A DNA stretch of 64,000 nucleotides, counting the filler, from Basidiobolus ranarum (Eukaryota), in the NCBI GenBank assembly GCA_040143965.1. It is 6 parts of 6 records of this genome, joined end to end, with 100 filler letters (N's around TTAATTAATTAA, not from the genome) between each part and the next. Parts side by side here need not be neighbours in the genome. Positions count along the whole stretch, not along the records: positions 21,571 to 32,249 come from JASJQH010000679.1; positions 32,350 to 43,018 come from JASJQH010000680.1; 4 more parts are not named here. One strand, 5' to 3'. Positions 27,602 to 40,375 of this stretch are shown piece after piece (position 1 is the stretch's first letter; the number at the start of each line of letters is the position of its first letter). Both the position numbers and the translations under genes were made by a program. A model generated the notes under the pieces. It worked only from the letters and a program-made list of their open reading frames with translations, ran no database searches and had not been told where the DNA came from.

Positions 27602-30600
27602 ATGTTTACCTTTCCAACTCCTTGCGAAGGTTCCTCTTTTTGGGAGGATTTAGCTAGTAACGAATACTTTGTGACTCAACGTGCTCTGGGTTCCAACAAT
27701 TTTTTATTAAAGAGTGTACTGGGAACCATTCAAAATGTGTAAGTTGGATGCAGTTTATGTTCATTTTGGTATCTCTTTGTGTTTCAACTCAAGTTGTGTA
27801 TATTTTGTGTAGTCTGGAGACAAAACAAGCACCTTTCCGTATCTTATTTCGACCCAACAAAAATGGAGAAGGTATGCATCTCATTGCTGAATCAAATACT
27901 CGCGAAGGGATTGAGAAACCATGGAAGTGGCTTGAAGGTAACCTCAATGTTTAGCAAGTAATCGCTCTAGAAAGAATAACCGCTTAAATCCCTTCATATG
28001 TTTGCTAGATCACCTTGTCAAAGAACTGGCAGCATTGGACGATCCGTATGAAAAAGAAACATTTGTGTTAACCAAAGTTAATTCTCTAGTGTCAAGTTTA
28101 GATGCAGGAGATGATTCAGCTAGTGACGAGAATATGAGGGCTGCCACAAGAGCTTTCAGGCAGACATTTGGTTTGCCTACTAGTGAAAGATTGGTGAATT
28201 TCTATTCGTGTGGATACAATCGAAACTTCATGATCAATCAAGGGTGGATGTATATAAGTGAGCATTATCTGTGCTTCTATTCGTTCATTCTCGGAATTGA
28301 AGCGAAAATTCAAATCTCATTAAGAGAAATTGATAGTTTACACAAGGAAACCTCAAAGAGAGGATTATTAGCTGATTCGGTCAAAGTTATTACAAGAGAT
28401 AAAAAAGAGGTATGCTCCACATAACATCCGATGAAGCCATGGCAGTTAGCGCACTAATGTGAATTCACCATGATTTATATTCCTTCTTGTAGCATTTCTT
28501 CTCCAATCTATTTTGTCGGGATGAGGTATGTTAAAGTTACTACGTTAGTCCGTCACTTGTCAACTAATTGCTGTACTAGACTTACGACCTCTTAGTCCAG
28601 CTGACCAACTTGTCAATGCAAAAACTGTTGCAAAACTCAGCGATGGATTTCGCACCTGGTTTATCGTTAGAAGCTCATTCCTCTACAGAATCTTTAAAAG
28701 ACTCCTCAAGCATTACTAAAAGATCCCGTTTCTCCATTCAGAAGTCAGAAGCTCAATTTCACAAAATTTCCTTGAAAGAGGACCTACAGCAACAAAAACG
28801 GAATGACCAATTTCAGGCAAGCTTTCGTCTTCCATCAACAGAACACCTAATTATCGAAGCCGATGCCATCCTCACCGTACCCAATCGTGAGGAGAAATAC
28901 CATGGAAAACTTAGCATATCCGAAAGCTTCATCGCATTTATGTCTACAGACGGTAAATTGTGCTCAATGGCGATCCCTCTATTTGTCATTCGTAGAGTAG
29001 AGAGAATTAATCCACGGTCGCACTTGTGTATATTGGCTCTTACTACTTGGCACCAAATGAAGATCGTATTTCAAATACAAGGATCACGTAAGATAGGAGA
29101 GAGTTACTGCGCTGCACTTAAAACTAATCTTAAAGAACAAACCAAGACTATGAAGATTCTTAAGTCATTCTTGCAGACTTGTGTATCAGAAAGCTTATTA
29201 AAAGACAAGGATGACATCAAATATGGAGGACTTGGGCTGAAGTTTGGATATCCCGTGGACGCGAAGAAATCGAAAGAAAAGGGAAAGAATAAGTACTGGC
29301 TGAGCTATCTTAAAGATAATGGCCGTAACCTCACCTTGCTAAAATACCCCGATTTCTCTCGCCTAGTTAAAATTGGCCTTCCCAACAATCTTCGTGGGGA
29401 AATATGGGAAATATGCAGTGGATCGATTCATTTGAGATGCTTGAATCCAGGCCTTTATCAGACTATACACCATGAAAACGCCGGGAAGGTATCAATATCG
29501 ACTGAAGAGATTGAGAAAGATTTAAACCGCTCTTTACCGGAATATGCCGCTTATCAAACGACAGAAGGAATAGATATATTGAGAAGAGTGTTGACGGCTT
29601 ACTCTTGGAAAGATCCAGCCCTAGGGTATTGCCAGGCCATGAATATTGTGGCATCAGCTATTCTTATATACATGAGCGAAGAACAGGCCTTTTGGACCAT
29701 TAGTGTTCTCTGTGATCGCTTCCTTCCTGGGTACTATAGCACATCTATGTACGGGGCTCTCCTCGATCAATCTATCTTTGAGCATCTAGTCGAGCAATGT
29801 ATACCGGCAATGCACGAACACTTGAAAAAAGCAGACATTCAGCTCTCTGTCGCATGCTTACCTTGGTTTCTCAGTCTTTTCATCAACACCATGCCAATCT
29901 CATTTGCTTTCCGGGTGTTGGATTGTTTCTTCATGGATGGGCCTCACGTGTTATTCCAGATTGCCCTTGCTATTATCAAAATCAACGAGAATGACTTGAT
30001 CAAAGCAAAAGATGATGGGGCATTTATTCACGTGCTCAAACGCTACTTTACTCGGCTGGATGATCCTCTTTATCCAAGTAGCAAGAATCCACGTGCGAAG
30101 CTACTAACCAAGTTCCACGAACTCATGCTAGTAGCGTTCAAGGAATTTGCCAGCATAAACATTGAGTGTATCAGTGAGCTACGCAAATCGCATCAGTTTC
30201 GGATCGTCCATAATATTGAAAGTTTTACCAAGCGAACGCACATTCGTAACCTTATTGAAACGTCAAGGTTCAATAAAGAGGAGCTATCAGTTGTCTATGA
30301 TAAATTCTACGATATCCAATTTTATAGTAACAAAAAGCAAAATGAAAACCCTGATCTCAAAATGAACTTCTGGAATTTTCAAAAGTTTCTAGCCACCATT
30401 ACCCCTTGGGCGCTTCTGGAGACCAGTACCGAATCACAACGCTTACTTAAAGGTCATGCATCGCTATTAGTACAGAAAAAAACCGTGGGCAGCTCATTCA
30501 TTGAGAAGCTCTTCGTGTATTTTGACAAAACTCGATGTGGTAGCCTATCTCTTCAGGATGTAGCCAACGGACTTCAAGGCATAATGTTTGGTGATTTGAT

Positions 30601-31294
30601 GTCGCAGATTCAACTCTTTTTCCACCTTCATGATGCCAACAACGATGGATTGCTATCGAAGGAGGATATATTACAAATGTCGGAGAGTTTTCTATTTCTT
30701 TTCCGGAACGAGAAAGATGACCGGTATCTTCGAGCCGTCTCGAATTTCCTTCAAAATTCAATCCACTATTCGGAATCGGCTTTACATTCGCCCAACCCTA
30801 GTCGAAACATCTTGGAAGTGGTTGATGGTGAAGATGCTCGACCAGACCCCCCAGCCAGATCTGTAGAAAAGGAAGAGGATGGCATCATTGTGTCCTTACC
30901 TACATTCCGAATGGTGATCTTAGCTGATGAAACACTAGAGCAGTTTTTTGATTACAAATTTGCCGCATCCTTCCAGCTGACCATGGATTCTAATACCGAC
31001 AGACAGAAAGGCTTAGGCAGAGAGATTTTCGAGTCACTGCTAAACGAAGGTTTTAAACTTGCTGATCGTGTCGCTCAAGTACCCAAAAGGAAACCAACTC
31101 GAAAGAGCCCCTCTATCAATGACACGTACCCAACTGACACAATCGCACTCACCACAGCACCAGCCCTATCTAAAGATCTGGCCGATGAGGAGGAGAATGA
31201 AGACGACGATCTAACAGCGGTCGACCATCTGCTAAGACAGTTGGACGAACCGCATAAAGAAGATCCAATCGATGATTTTGAACACATTGGTTAG
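27602..31294 (+). CDS. GYP2: GRAM + TBC (Rab GAP) + EF-hand protein, yeast Mdr1/Gyp2 / TBC1D8-9 family, multi-exon
   Basis: Two GRAM-like regions (FGLPTSERLVNFYSC...QGWMYISEHYLCFYS; FRLPSTEHL...GKLSISESFIAF). TBC fingers IEKDLNRS and YCQAMN. EF-hand DANNDGLLSKED. Confidence 0.93.
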
Positions 31295-32019
31295 TGAATA
31301 ATTAACAGCTCTAGAAGAACTGATTTGACTTTATTTCGATTTTAGAGTATACGCCAGACGAGGTCGAGTAGCGTATCCATGTGCAAATATTCCCTTGTCT
31401 TTCACGGTCATGTTTGAGATTAAAGAATTTCGTAAGATTCATTTGAGTCACGCCAAACCCTAATGTTTATATGGTATTCTTTTACGAACGCACCGTCCCT
31501 AATATCAATTGTACAATTGGAAGCGAATGTCTCCAGGAACTTGCGCTCTGATGGCAACGTATATTCGCATCTAGAACTGAGATAAATATACACATTATCA
31601 ATTTATTTAGTTATATATATTGCCACGGCGAAAGATAATAAACTCCAGCAAATTTAAACAACGAGGTGGAAACGGTACTTCTCGTTCTTCCAGACTAGCC
31701 AGTATACTCCGAAAATATCATATACAATGAATAGTAAACTAACTATGTGTCTTCTCTTGGTGCAAAAAACCAAAGAGAAAGGATTATAATGAATAACATA
31801 CAATTACTATCATATTAACAATTGTTGATGTCACACACATAAATACAGATATATATATATATGTGGAACAAAGTGCAAACGCTGCAACTATAGTAGTCAT
31901 GGCACAAAAATCAAAGCAAAAAAATTAGAAAGGTGAGTCAGGGATGTAACAAGAAGTGGAGAAGTAGCTATAAAGAAGCGGAATTTACAACGCCCGATCA
32001 GACCATGGCATTGAGCAAC

Positions 32020-32249
32020 TCAAGAACGACTAGAGTTGCTTCTTAGCAATGCACTTGTAGTTTTGACAAAATCAAATGGATTCTTTGCTCTTATTGCAGA
32101 AAATCCATCGTATTCTGCAGAGGTGCTGATACCACTGCTCTCCTCTAGACTGATACCATGAATCCGCTCTTTGTTCGATGGGGGTGTGAGAGGCTCTTCA
32201 TCATCATCCTCAAACTCCATTACATTTGGATCAATTGCAAAAATTACTG
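32020..32249 (-). CDS. 3' fragment of an unknown gene, cut by the spacer
   Basis: Frame open from the spacer: VIFAIDPNVMEFEDDDEEPLTPP...SSRS*, followed by AT-rich 3' UTR-like sequence. Confidence 0.5.
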
Positions 32250-32349
32250 NNNNNNNNNNNNNNNNNNNNNNNNNNNNNNNNNNNNNNNNNNNNTTAATTA
32301 ATTAANNNNNNNNNNNNNNNNNNNNNNNNNNNNNNNNNNNNNNNNNNNN
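32250..32349. other. Artificial contig spacer
   Basis: N44-TTAATTAATTAA-N44. Confidence 0.97.
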
Positions 32350-33307
32350 AGAACATACTCCACTACTACTAATGCCAATAATAATCTTTCCTTTTCGTTA
32401 GCAGCTGGATAAAGAAAGGCCATGTTCCAAATGATGCCTTTGATTTCAATAAGTTTCTCCTATTCCAATTGAATATCAGAAAGAGTTATTGAAAGGTGGA
32501 GGAACGTTTCTATACTTCTTTAACGGGTTCGAAATTTTCCCGACTCTGATGCTGATTCAGAATGTAGAGTTTAACAGAATCTTGCCAAGAAGCTACCGCC
32601 AGTGCGCGTGATCTTTCAAGGATGTCAATAGATACTCAATTATTATAACCAGTAAAAAGACTACTGACAGTGGATCAACACAGAGTAATCGACCTAGATT
32701 TTTGTGACCCAAACCTGGAGGAGCCAAATACAACTATAACAACTCATACTGTAAGTGACACCATTAATGAAATAGAAGTAATGAATTGCAAACAAACCTC
32801 TTTAACAATGCTAAATTTCCCTCTTCCCAGCTCCAGTTCCTCGTATGAAACAAATGATAATACTCCTGAATCTGATAAAAACACTAACACATCATCTCCA
32901 GGGATCTTTCCTGGTAGATGAGGTAACTTCGAATAGCTACTTTTAGTCGATTTTTCACTCTCTGATGTGTTGCTTTCACGAGTAAATGAACAGCGTAGAA
33001 GTTTCATGTCTTTGATTGTACCAAAAACGTGTTGCTCCAACAATGAAGTCAGGATTCCGTCAGAGTTTACTTGAAGTAATTGTAAGCAAGTTTCCTTGTA
33101 ATTTCAACGTAGATTCCAGTTTAAAATGATTTAAAAAATACAAATCTAAAGTTTAATTTTAGCTACCTTCGCAAATATAATGTCGTTTCGTTCGTTAGAT
33201 CGAAGTGCGCAAGTAGTCATTTGACGTATAACACAGCTGTTGAGCGCATTTTTAGCATATAGACGAAAGTTTTGACTGGAATCAACCACCTCATTTTGTA
33301 TCGCCAT
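32350..33307 (-). CDS. MMS1/RSE1/DDB1/CPSF1 beta-propeller family protein, 5' fragment
   Basis: Spliced: MAIQNEVVD...DIIFAK|ETCLQLLQV...EQHVFGTIKDM...DVLVFLSDSGVLSFV...LGRLLCVDPL|SRALAVAS. These match MMS1_N-type motifs. Confidence 0.8.
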
Positions 33308-35291
33308 TATGATCTAGCTAAAGGAAAGTAAAATTCGTGACGAAATTACCAGTCAAATGTAACAAAGCAAGTAATTATTTACGTTTATTTGCTATGTTTG
33401 ATACATAACTAATCAGCTTGTATGACACATAAGAATCAGATTATATTATACTAGGAATTAAGCAATATATGATTAGAAGTTGACTTAGCCCGTTTCATGT
33501 GGTGTTGGAGTTAAATAAATCGGAATTTTGATTATTAGACCTGTTCCACCAGGCCAGGGCTAGTTAGTGCCAAATTGAACGGCATGAAGGTTAGATACCT
33601 TTATTCAATATGGTATATACAGCATTATCTGGCTTAATAAAACGGAACAAATTCACTCTCCAACGTCAAAGAAGGTAAATCGAAGTAATCCGTGAACCAA
33701 TCCAATGTAGAGATTGACAGGGGTGATGCAAAAGAATAACTCCTGGGAAATACTGTGCCCAAAAGCAGACCATGTACAATCTGAACAGCAGAGACAAGTG
33801 AGGAGCGGAGGCTTCTCTAACCCTTGAACATTTGATTTCCGTTTTTCGTTGGCCAATGTAGGTCAGTGCCTCACAAATCCAGCCCATGCATTGTACTGTA
33901 CAATGTAATTTTAATCATTCTGTTATTAACAAGGAGGCATGTCGCCTGAATATTGAGAGCCGGGACAACCATGCCTCCATGATTTGGATGCACCGCGACA
34001 ATCAGCATCTGTGTGTTATATTTAGTACGACAAAAGAATATACAGTACATTCCAATGCATTGCTAATGTTAAGGCGCAAATAATATTGTGAAATTAAATC
34101 TAAATCGTGGATCAAATTTACGATATCCCTCCTCACACATGTGAACACAGATCTTCAAAGAGAAAGTGTGTCTGTACTCTCCAATCATCATATTATGTTG
34201 GATGATGACATTTAATATTACCATCAGGACGGATCGTCCCCTAGATGTTACACTTGTGATCAGGACTGTGCTTCCACAATAAACACTAGCTACCGGGGGA
34301 TGAAAATTGTAAAGCGAATGATTTGTCTAGATTGCAATGAACAATTAGCGATATCTCGAAATCCACTTCATGGAGCATCTGAATTAGCAATTTGCACAAA
34401 CGGGTTTTCCAGCTGGCGGAAGTGTTCGAAGAATGAAAGTCTGATGGATCTGCTTAATTGGGATGATTATTAAGGCATGCTTTAATGAGTATCTATTTAT
34501 ATTTGTTTCAATCAACGGTCAAATCATAGTTTTGTATTAAAGGAGAATCTATTTTAAGAGTTGGTCCTATTAATATTATTACTTCTCGCTCAAAATAGAA
34601 TTTCAAGAGTCCGCTTCGCATAGTAATGACGTCCTGATATTCTGATACCTTTGCCATTGATTGTCTTCTCTGGTTGCTTAATGTATCCTGAAGAGACATA
34701 GCCCTAAAAGCAGAAGCCACCGATGTAATTTGGTTCTTACAATTTCCATTCTAGGTCCTTGAAGCCAATCAGGTGCAGAGATGTTCTTGTGTGTATTATT
34801 TTGTTGGAGAACCGAAGTATACATCCTTAAAGCGGCAAGTAAACAATACTAAATAGCTCCACAGTCCTTAATTATGTTTCTGTATTAAGGAATTGGCGCA
34901 TAACTTGGTAGCATTGCTAGTTGTTGGTCTCGAGGACGAAATGTCTCATTAAAAGTAGGCAATGATTTCTTAATCATCGTGAATTAATCTTAATGGTTGT
35001 TCAAATTATTGGTGAAAAATAAGTGGGAGGGTACTGAATGGTGCATCTTTCGAGGTCATAGGGCGCTTTTCAACCCCGATCTATTACCGATTATTGTAAT
35101 GTGCAACTAAATTGAGATTTATCAAGTCAGCAGCAATCTCTCCAAAAAATCTCCTCCCAGCAGGTACTTAAGCTTCTCTGGGTCGTAAGTTTTCTGTAGC
35201 ATATTCAATTCTCTTCCGCACTTTTTCCTTTTCATTCTCCTTAATCCACTGACAACGTGAATCTACTCCAACAGGTGAAAAATAGTAGATT

Positions 35292-36614
35292 ATGGTGCGA
35301 GGAAAACTTGGAGTTCTACTGATTTTATCTTCTCTTGTATTGTGCCAGGCGGGAGATATACTTACCCCTGGTTGCATTGACTATCCAAACCCCATTGAGA
35401 ACTCTTATGGTGTTGAGGTTAATTGTAACCGTGTGAAGTCTTCTCACAAGTTTTACAAGAGATGTAACCACAGTAAAGCAAAAAAGAGTGCACCATTCAT
35501 TTTAGACTTCAAATGCGCGGTTGAGAATGATCAATGTCAGAAAGTTCGCCATAGCTTGGATACTGCTTTTGAACTTATCACTAATGTGATTGTACTTGAG
35601 GAACCCGTAATGGTAAATGTATCGTTCGTTTCCTTTTGTAAAGAGCTGAATATCGGCTGTGGTGACTTTGGGGCTGCAGGTAGTTATTATTTTATCAATT
35701 CCTCAACTCATTTTTCATGCTTTAGCTAAACGAAGACTTGCAATGGTTTAGGGGCTGCTAATCCGGCGAGGTCTATACCTCATGTTGATTCAGATGGTGT
35801 TACCAGGATGTATCCACAAGCTTTGATTAAGCAGATGAAGTTAAAAGAGCACCCAGAGTATAGCTCATCTGATATTAACGCATTTTTCAACTCCGACGCC
35901 AACTTCTGGTTTATGTAAGATGGACATTATATTAATCCTAATCAAAACGATTTTTTGTACGCAATCACTCATGAGCTATTCCACGGCCTAGGCATTACCA
36001 CAAACTGGGTCCAATATTTCAGTCCTGCTACTCAAGGATTTACTCCATATCCCAGATTTACCCGAGATGAAGATAACAAGTTAGTCTTCCATGGCTTTGT
36101 AGAAGCTGCATTCGATAGATACCTAACCGAAGCCAATACCTCTCGACCTATCTCTCAATATGCGAAAGCATTGAACAGCTTTATAGCACCTGGGACCTCT
36201 TTTAATAGTGAAGCAGAGTTCATTAGCGCCTTTAATCAATCACGTCAGTACTCAGTTGCCTCGCATTTTGAAAAGTTGGCCACTACGAAAGGGGCTGTGA
36301 CTTTCAAAGTTGGCAAGAAAGTTGATTCTGCCAACGATATTGTCTTAGAGACCTCTCTCAATCCATTTATCCCTGGTTCCGGCTTAACTCATTTCGACTA
36401 TGCTTCTTACTCCAATACTTCGGATTTTTTGATGAGATTCACTCAGTTGTTTGGAGAAAGTATTCTTGGTGATGTCGACGCTGGAGGCCAACACATTGCA
36501 GGCCCAATTGGACCCCGTCTGACCGAAATGATGCATACTCTTGGGTATCGAATCAATCCAAAGCCAGAATCTTGGATTGACATTCTTAGAAGAAGGTATC
36601 CTACTAAGAATTAA
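35292..36614 (+). pseudogene. Secreted HEXXH zinc-metalloprotease-like protein with a single in-frame TAA (35916-35918)
   Basis: Signal peptide; intron 35680-35751. Exon 2 reads GAANPARS...RMYPQALIKQ...FNSDANFWFM*DGHYINPNQNDFLYAITHELFHGLG, continuing in the same frame to 36614. Confidence 0.65.
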
Positions 36615-37171
36615 CTTTAGCCACTTACTGAGAAGAATTCCATACTCTTAAGAATTGAGTTCCTACTATTCTATTTTTTTGATGAATTTTAATATGACTG
36701 CAAGTCTATTTAGATAGTAATTATGCTTTACTATCTAAATCTTATAACTAGTATACCCCCAATATAGCATCGCGTCCAAGGTTATGTCCTGGGTTTTTTT
36801 CGGTATTCATTAATTTTTGCATGCTTATCCTTCCGATATTTATTTAATCAAGTCTCTTATGGCACTTCATCTTTCAACTTTCTAATTCATGGAACTCAAT
36901 ACTAAGAATGAACCTTCTTGTTTTATGGCTTATTGGACCAAATTTTTCGATATTTTTGACAATGGTTTTGTTTTGTGAGAATAAAGATGAACAAATTATG
37001 TCTTCAAGTCGAATGTTCAATAGGATTAATACTCAAAGATGATGATAATCTTTTTTAGCAGTTTGTACTTCTATTTAGATTGATTTAATAATTGGCAATG
37101 TTGACCGGAAAGGGTTGTGTAGAGTATAACGAAGACTGTGTTGGAAGAAGTATATACAAAGTGATATACTT

Positions 37172-37681
37172 TCATTCATCGTAGAGAAATTTGTTAACTT
37201 GTTCGGATTCGTGTGCTTCTTCGAATTCCTGAAAGATCTTTTTATTTGTTGAAAAAGAATAAACGTAAGTATCAGGGATAATAGGAAACTCAAAGCTTGT
37301 GTTGAAATGAACAGTTCACTTACCCCGCGAAATTCTCCATCGACAAAAATTTGAGGTAACTCGTTGGTTTTATTCAGATTTTTACGCTTCATGTAGTTTC
37401 TTGCTTTTTCATCGGCGGCGATATCGATGAACTCAAAAGGGATTTTACGAGTGTTTAATATGGATTCAAGTTGTTGTTGTCTATCCTTTATCTAATATGG
37501 AAAGTTACTTCAAATGCTCTAGAGTATTTCTGGCCAAGGGGAGAAATATTCATACCTGCATGTTGCCAGAAATGGAAGAGCCATAAATCTCCACTACCTT
37601 GGTGCGGTCTTCAGGAATCGGCGTTTGGCAAGGGTAATACATTATATCAGCTATCAGAGTAGTCTGGTATTCACTGGGCAT
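37172..37681 (-). CDS. SH3BGR-like / glutaredoxin-fold small protein, 3 exons
   Basis: VEIYGSSISGNMQ|IKDRQQQLESILNTRKIPFEFIDIAADEKARNYM...LPQIFVDGEFRG|IFQEFEEAHESEQVNKFL. No CxxC, as is typical for SH3BGR. Confidence 0.85.
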
Positions 37682-37713
37682 TTAATGCTTTCTACACTCA
37701 TCAATTCCTTTAT

Positions 37714-37723
37714 GTGACGTCAC
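37714..37723. promoter_or_regulatory. Perfect CRE/ATF palindrome upstream of the SH3BGR-like gene
   Basis: GTGACGTCAC, 33 nt upstream of the putative ATG. Confidence 0.4.
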
Positions 37724-38299
37724 GTTTAATTGAACTCCTTGAAATTGTAAATTATTACGTTGTTGCATCACAGGCTAGAGTCATCGTCGTACTAAAATTT
37801 AAAGCATTGGCTGATTGCTGAGCATTCCATTGAAGTGTCGATATGTGTATGCATGTTTGGAAGGTACTACGTAATTTCGGTGATTTCTGAGTTGTGCATA
37901 CGCCAACACGTCCACAAATGGTTTGGTAATCTTGGCAGTTACAACTGCGTGCTATGGGTTGAGTAGTGTTGCCAAGCTTTATTATTCGATGAGCAAGGAT
38001 GGGGATTATCATAGACCTCCCTTGGATATGTATTAATGTTTACAGTTATTAATAGCTGAACTCATGAGAGATCGCTTGTGGCTGTCGGGATTAATAAGCA
38101 CAACTATCAATTGTATACCCAACTATCCTATCTTGTTTCCTGTTGCTCAACAAACTAGCTGTTCAATGCTCTATTATATGATTTCACATGTTTTCGCGTT
38201 TCACCAAGAGAAGCAATAGCATTGCATTTCCATATATAGGTTTAATTCTTCTTCTGAGGAAGTATAACTGAAAAGATACATAGTGGAGATATCTGAGTA

Positions 38300-39465
38300 T
38301 CAAGATGAATGTGGTATATAAATGGGGGGAACTTCCAATCTACGATGGATTCCATAAATCAAGAGTTGATAGTGAGGATTTGTTTCTGGCGTTATGTATC
38401 CAAATCTAATGAAAAGGTCAATAATGACAATTGCTGCATCTGGCATAAATCTATCATTTAGCAGTAGTTGTTCGATTTCTTCAAAAGTATATAGATAGTA
38501 GGCGCTGACCTCCCCGTCCTGAGGTATTGGTTGAAAATCTTCAGGCAGATAAAGATCATACACGAACCTGAATATAGAAAATTTTTAAGTTAAAACAGTA
38601 TTAGAACATATAAAAATTCATTTCTTACAATGTAGACTGCTCTATTCCTAAAGCAGTGATTATATAGCTCACGGTACCGGTGAGTACAGAATTTCTCGCC
38701 AGGCTGCTAGGTATTCCGGCTTCCTCCATGGATTCTTTCACAATGGTTTCTCTTGGCGTGTATTCAGCTGGTATACCTCCACCAACCTAACCATATAAAA
38801 TAAGAAAGGGAACATTGTTGATGTATCACTTATATAGTTATTACCGTATTATCCAGGTAGCTAGGCCATGTCTGCTTGCTTTCGGCACGTCGTCCAATCC
38901 ATACTCTAGGGAAACTTCCTTCAGTTCGGACCAGCCCGTTGAGATGTGAGCCATATGTACCAATCCCAAATAAAGAGCTTGCAGATCTCTCCAACTTAAA
39001 GAAAATTCTTTTATGGTCTTTAGGATTCCCATAGACAGAAAAAAGCTCGTTTCGCCAACCTAAAATTTAGGTCAGAAAACGGAATATGGAGTTCAAGTAC
39101 TATTTGATATACCTAATAAAGTTTCAAATTCCGAGGCATCTCTCCAAGCTTCCTATTTAGCAAAGATTACTATTAGAAGTGTTAATGTCAATTAATCAGC
39201 TTACCGTCAGTACTGTTAGGACTTGTGTACGTTCCTCACACGTGTTCACTGCTTCAGAAAAGGTGAGATAGGTTTGGTCTTCACCGGATATTACTCTTAG
39301 TTTATCATCAATAACATGACTGTATTCACAAACTTTCTGACACACCCTTTCTTCTACCAAGCCTACTTTTATTTCGTCAATGATGAAAGGAACAAAAGCT
39401 TTTAGTTCCTCCTGCGTAACAGAGTCTATGCCACGAAGTAGTTCTAAATAGTTATATGCAGTCAT
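38300..39465 (-). CDS. Nudix hydrolase, YJR142W/NUDX20-like (thiamine pyrophosphokinase-related N-terminus), multi-exon
   Basis: GWRNELFSVYG, ERSASSLFGIGTYGSHLNG, WIGRRAESKQTWPSYLDN, GGGIPAEYTPRETIVKESMEEAGI (Nudix box), YDLYLPEDFQPIPQDGEV. Confidence 0.9.
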
Positions 39466-39747
39466 TTCTGTCAAGTTGAGAAATCTTGAGACAAGAACAG
39501 ATTATCAAAAATTAAAAACTATCATGGAGAGTATTCTATTGGTCTAGGGATATTGGTCGAATCAACCTAGTCAGTTGTTAGTAACTGAAATTAAAGAAAG
39601 GTACGGTACAAGGGTCTATTTATTCTTACTAAGAGTGAAAATGTACAGAGTTTATAGTCTTAGAAGGTCTATCGAACATATTTTACTAGGGAAATACTAT
39701 GAGAACAGGGTAAGAATGTCTTAGATCCATACTGTAATAGACATATT

Positions 39748-40375
39748 CTAGTTAACTAGAACGGATGTTGAACCGTTTTCTTTTTGGAGAGAATTCGGCA
39801 GCTTCATGATGCTAGCTTCATATAGAACGACTTCGTTGGTTTTATTATTTTCCGCAGTATTTTCTTCTTCATATCCAGAGTCTTGAGATATTTGAGCCCA
39901 TTTCTTGGCCAACCAGTTAGGATCAGTTCTACACAATTCCATGGGAAATCTAACTAGACTTCTAAAAGGATCTTCTTCCTGATAACCTACGAATTGATCT
40001 TTACCAGATTTTACCAAGACACACATTCTTGTTCCGTTCTTTAAATGATGTACTTTAGAGTCGACATGTTCGGGCACTTGATAATCTCCATTCAAGCTTA
40101 CTACGCCAAGGATTCGATGATCGAAAGGGTTTATTTCCGAGAACTTTAGGTGCCGTTCGTTTTTTGAGGTTTCTTCAAACTCCCTTCGAAAACAATAGCT
40201 GAAAACACAAAACATATATTCACTTGCTGATTAAGAGATGAATGATAATGCTGACTGCCAAGTATTGCTGGGATGTACCAGATTTGATTAAGAACCGAAT
40301 TTTACAAGGAAGGATACTTGTCAGGGATACGAGTAAGGGAAGACTGACAAATCCGAGTCAAAGCCAGGCAAGCTG
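39748..40375 (-). CDS. 3' exons of an orphan gene of unknown function (upstream structure unclear or possibly decayed)
   Basis: 155-codon open frame preceded by splice-like signals (GTATCCTT donor at 40317, ttttcag acceptor at 40199). No recognised domain. Confidence 0.4.

Noticed and set aside
33653-34800. Possible decayed fatty-acid elongase or other membrane-protein gene
   Set aside because: Only vague motif resemblance across several frames; a name cannot be supported.
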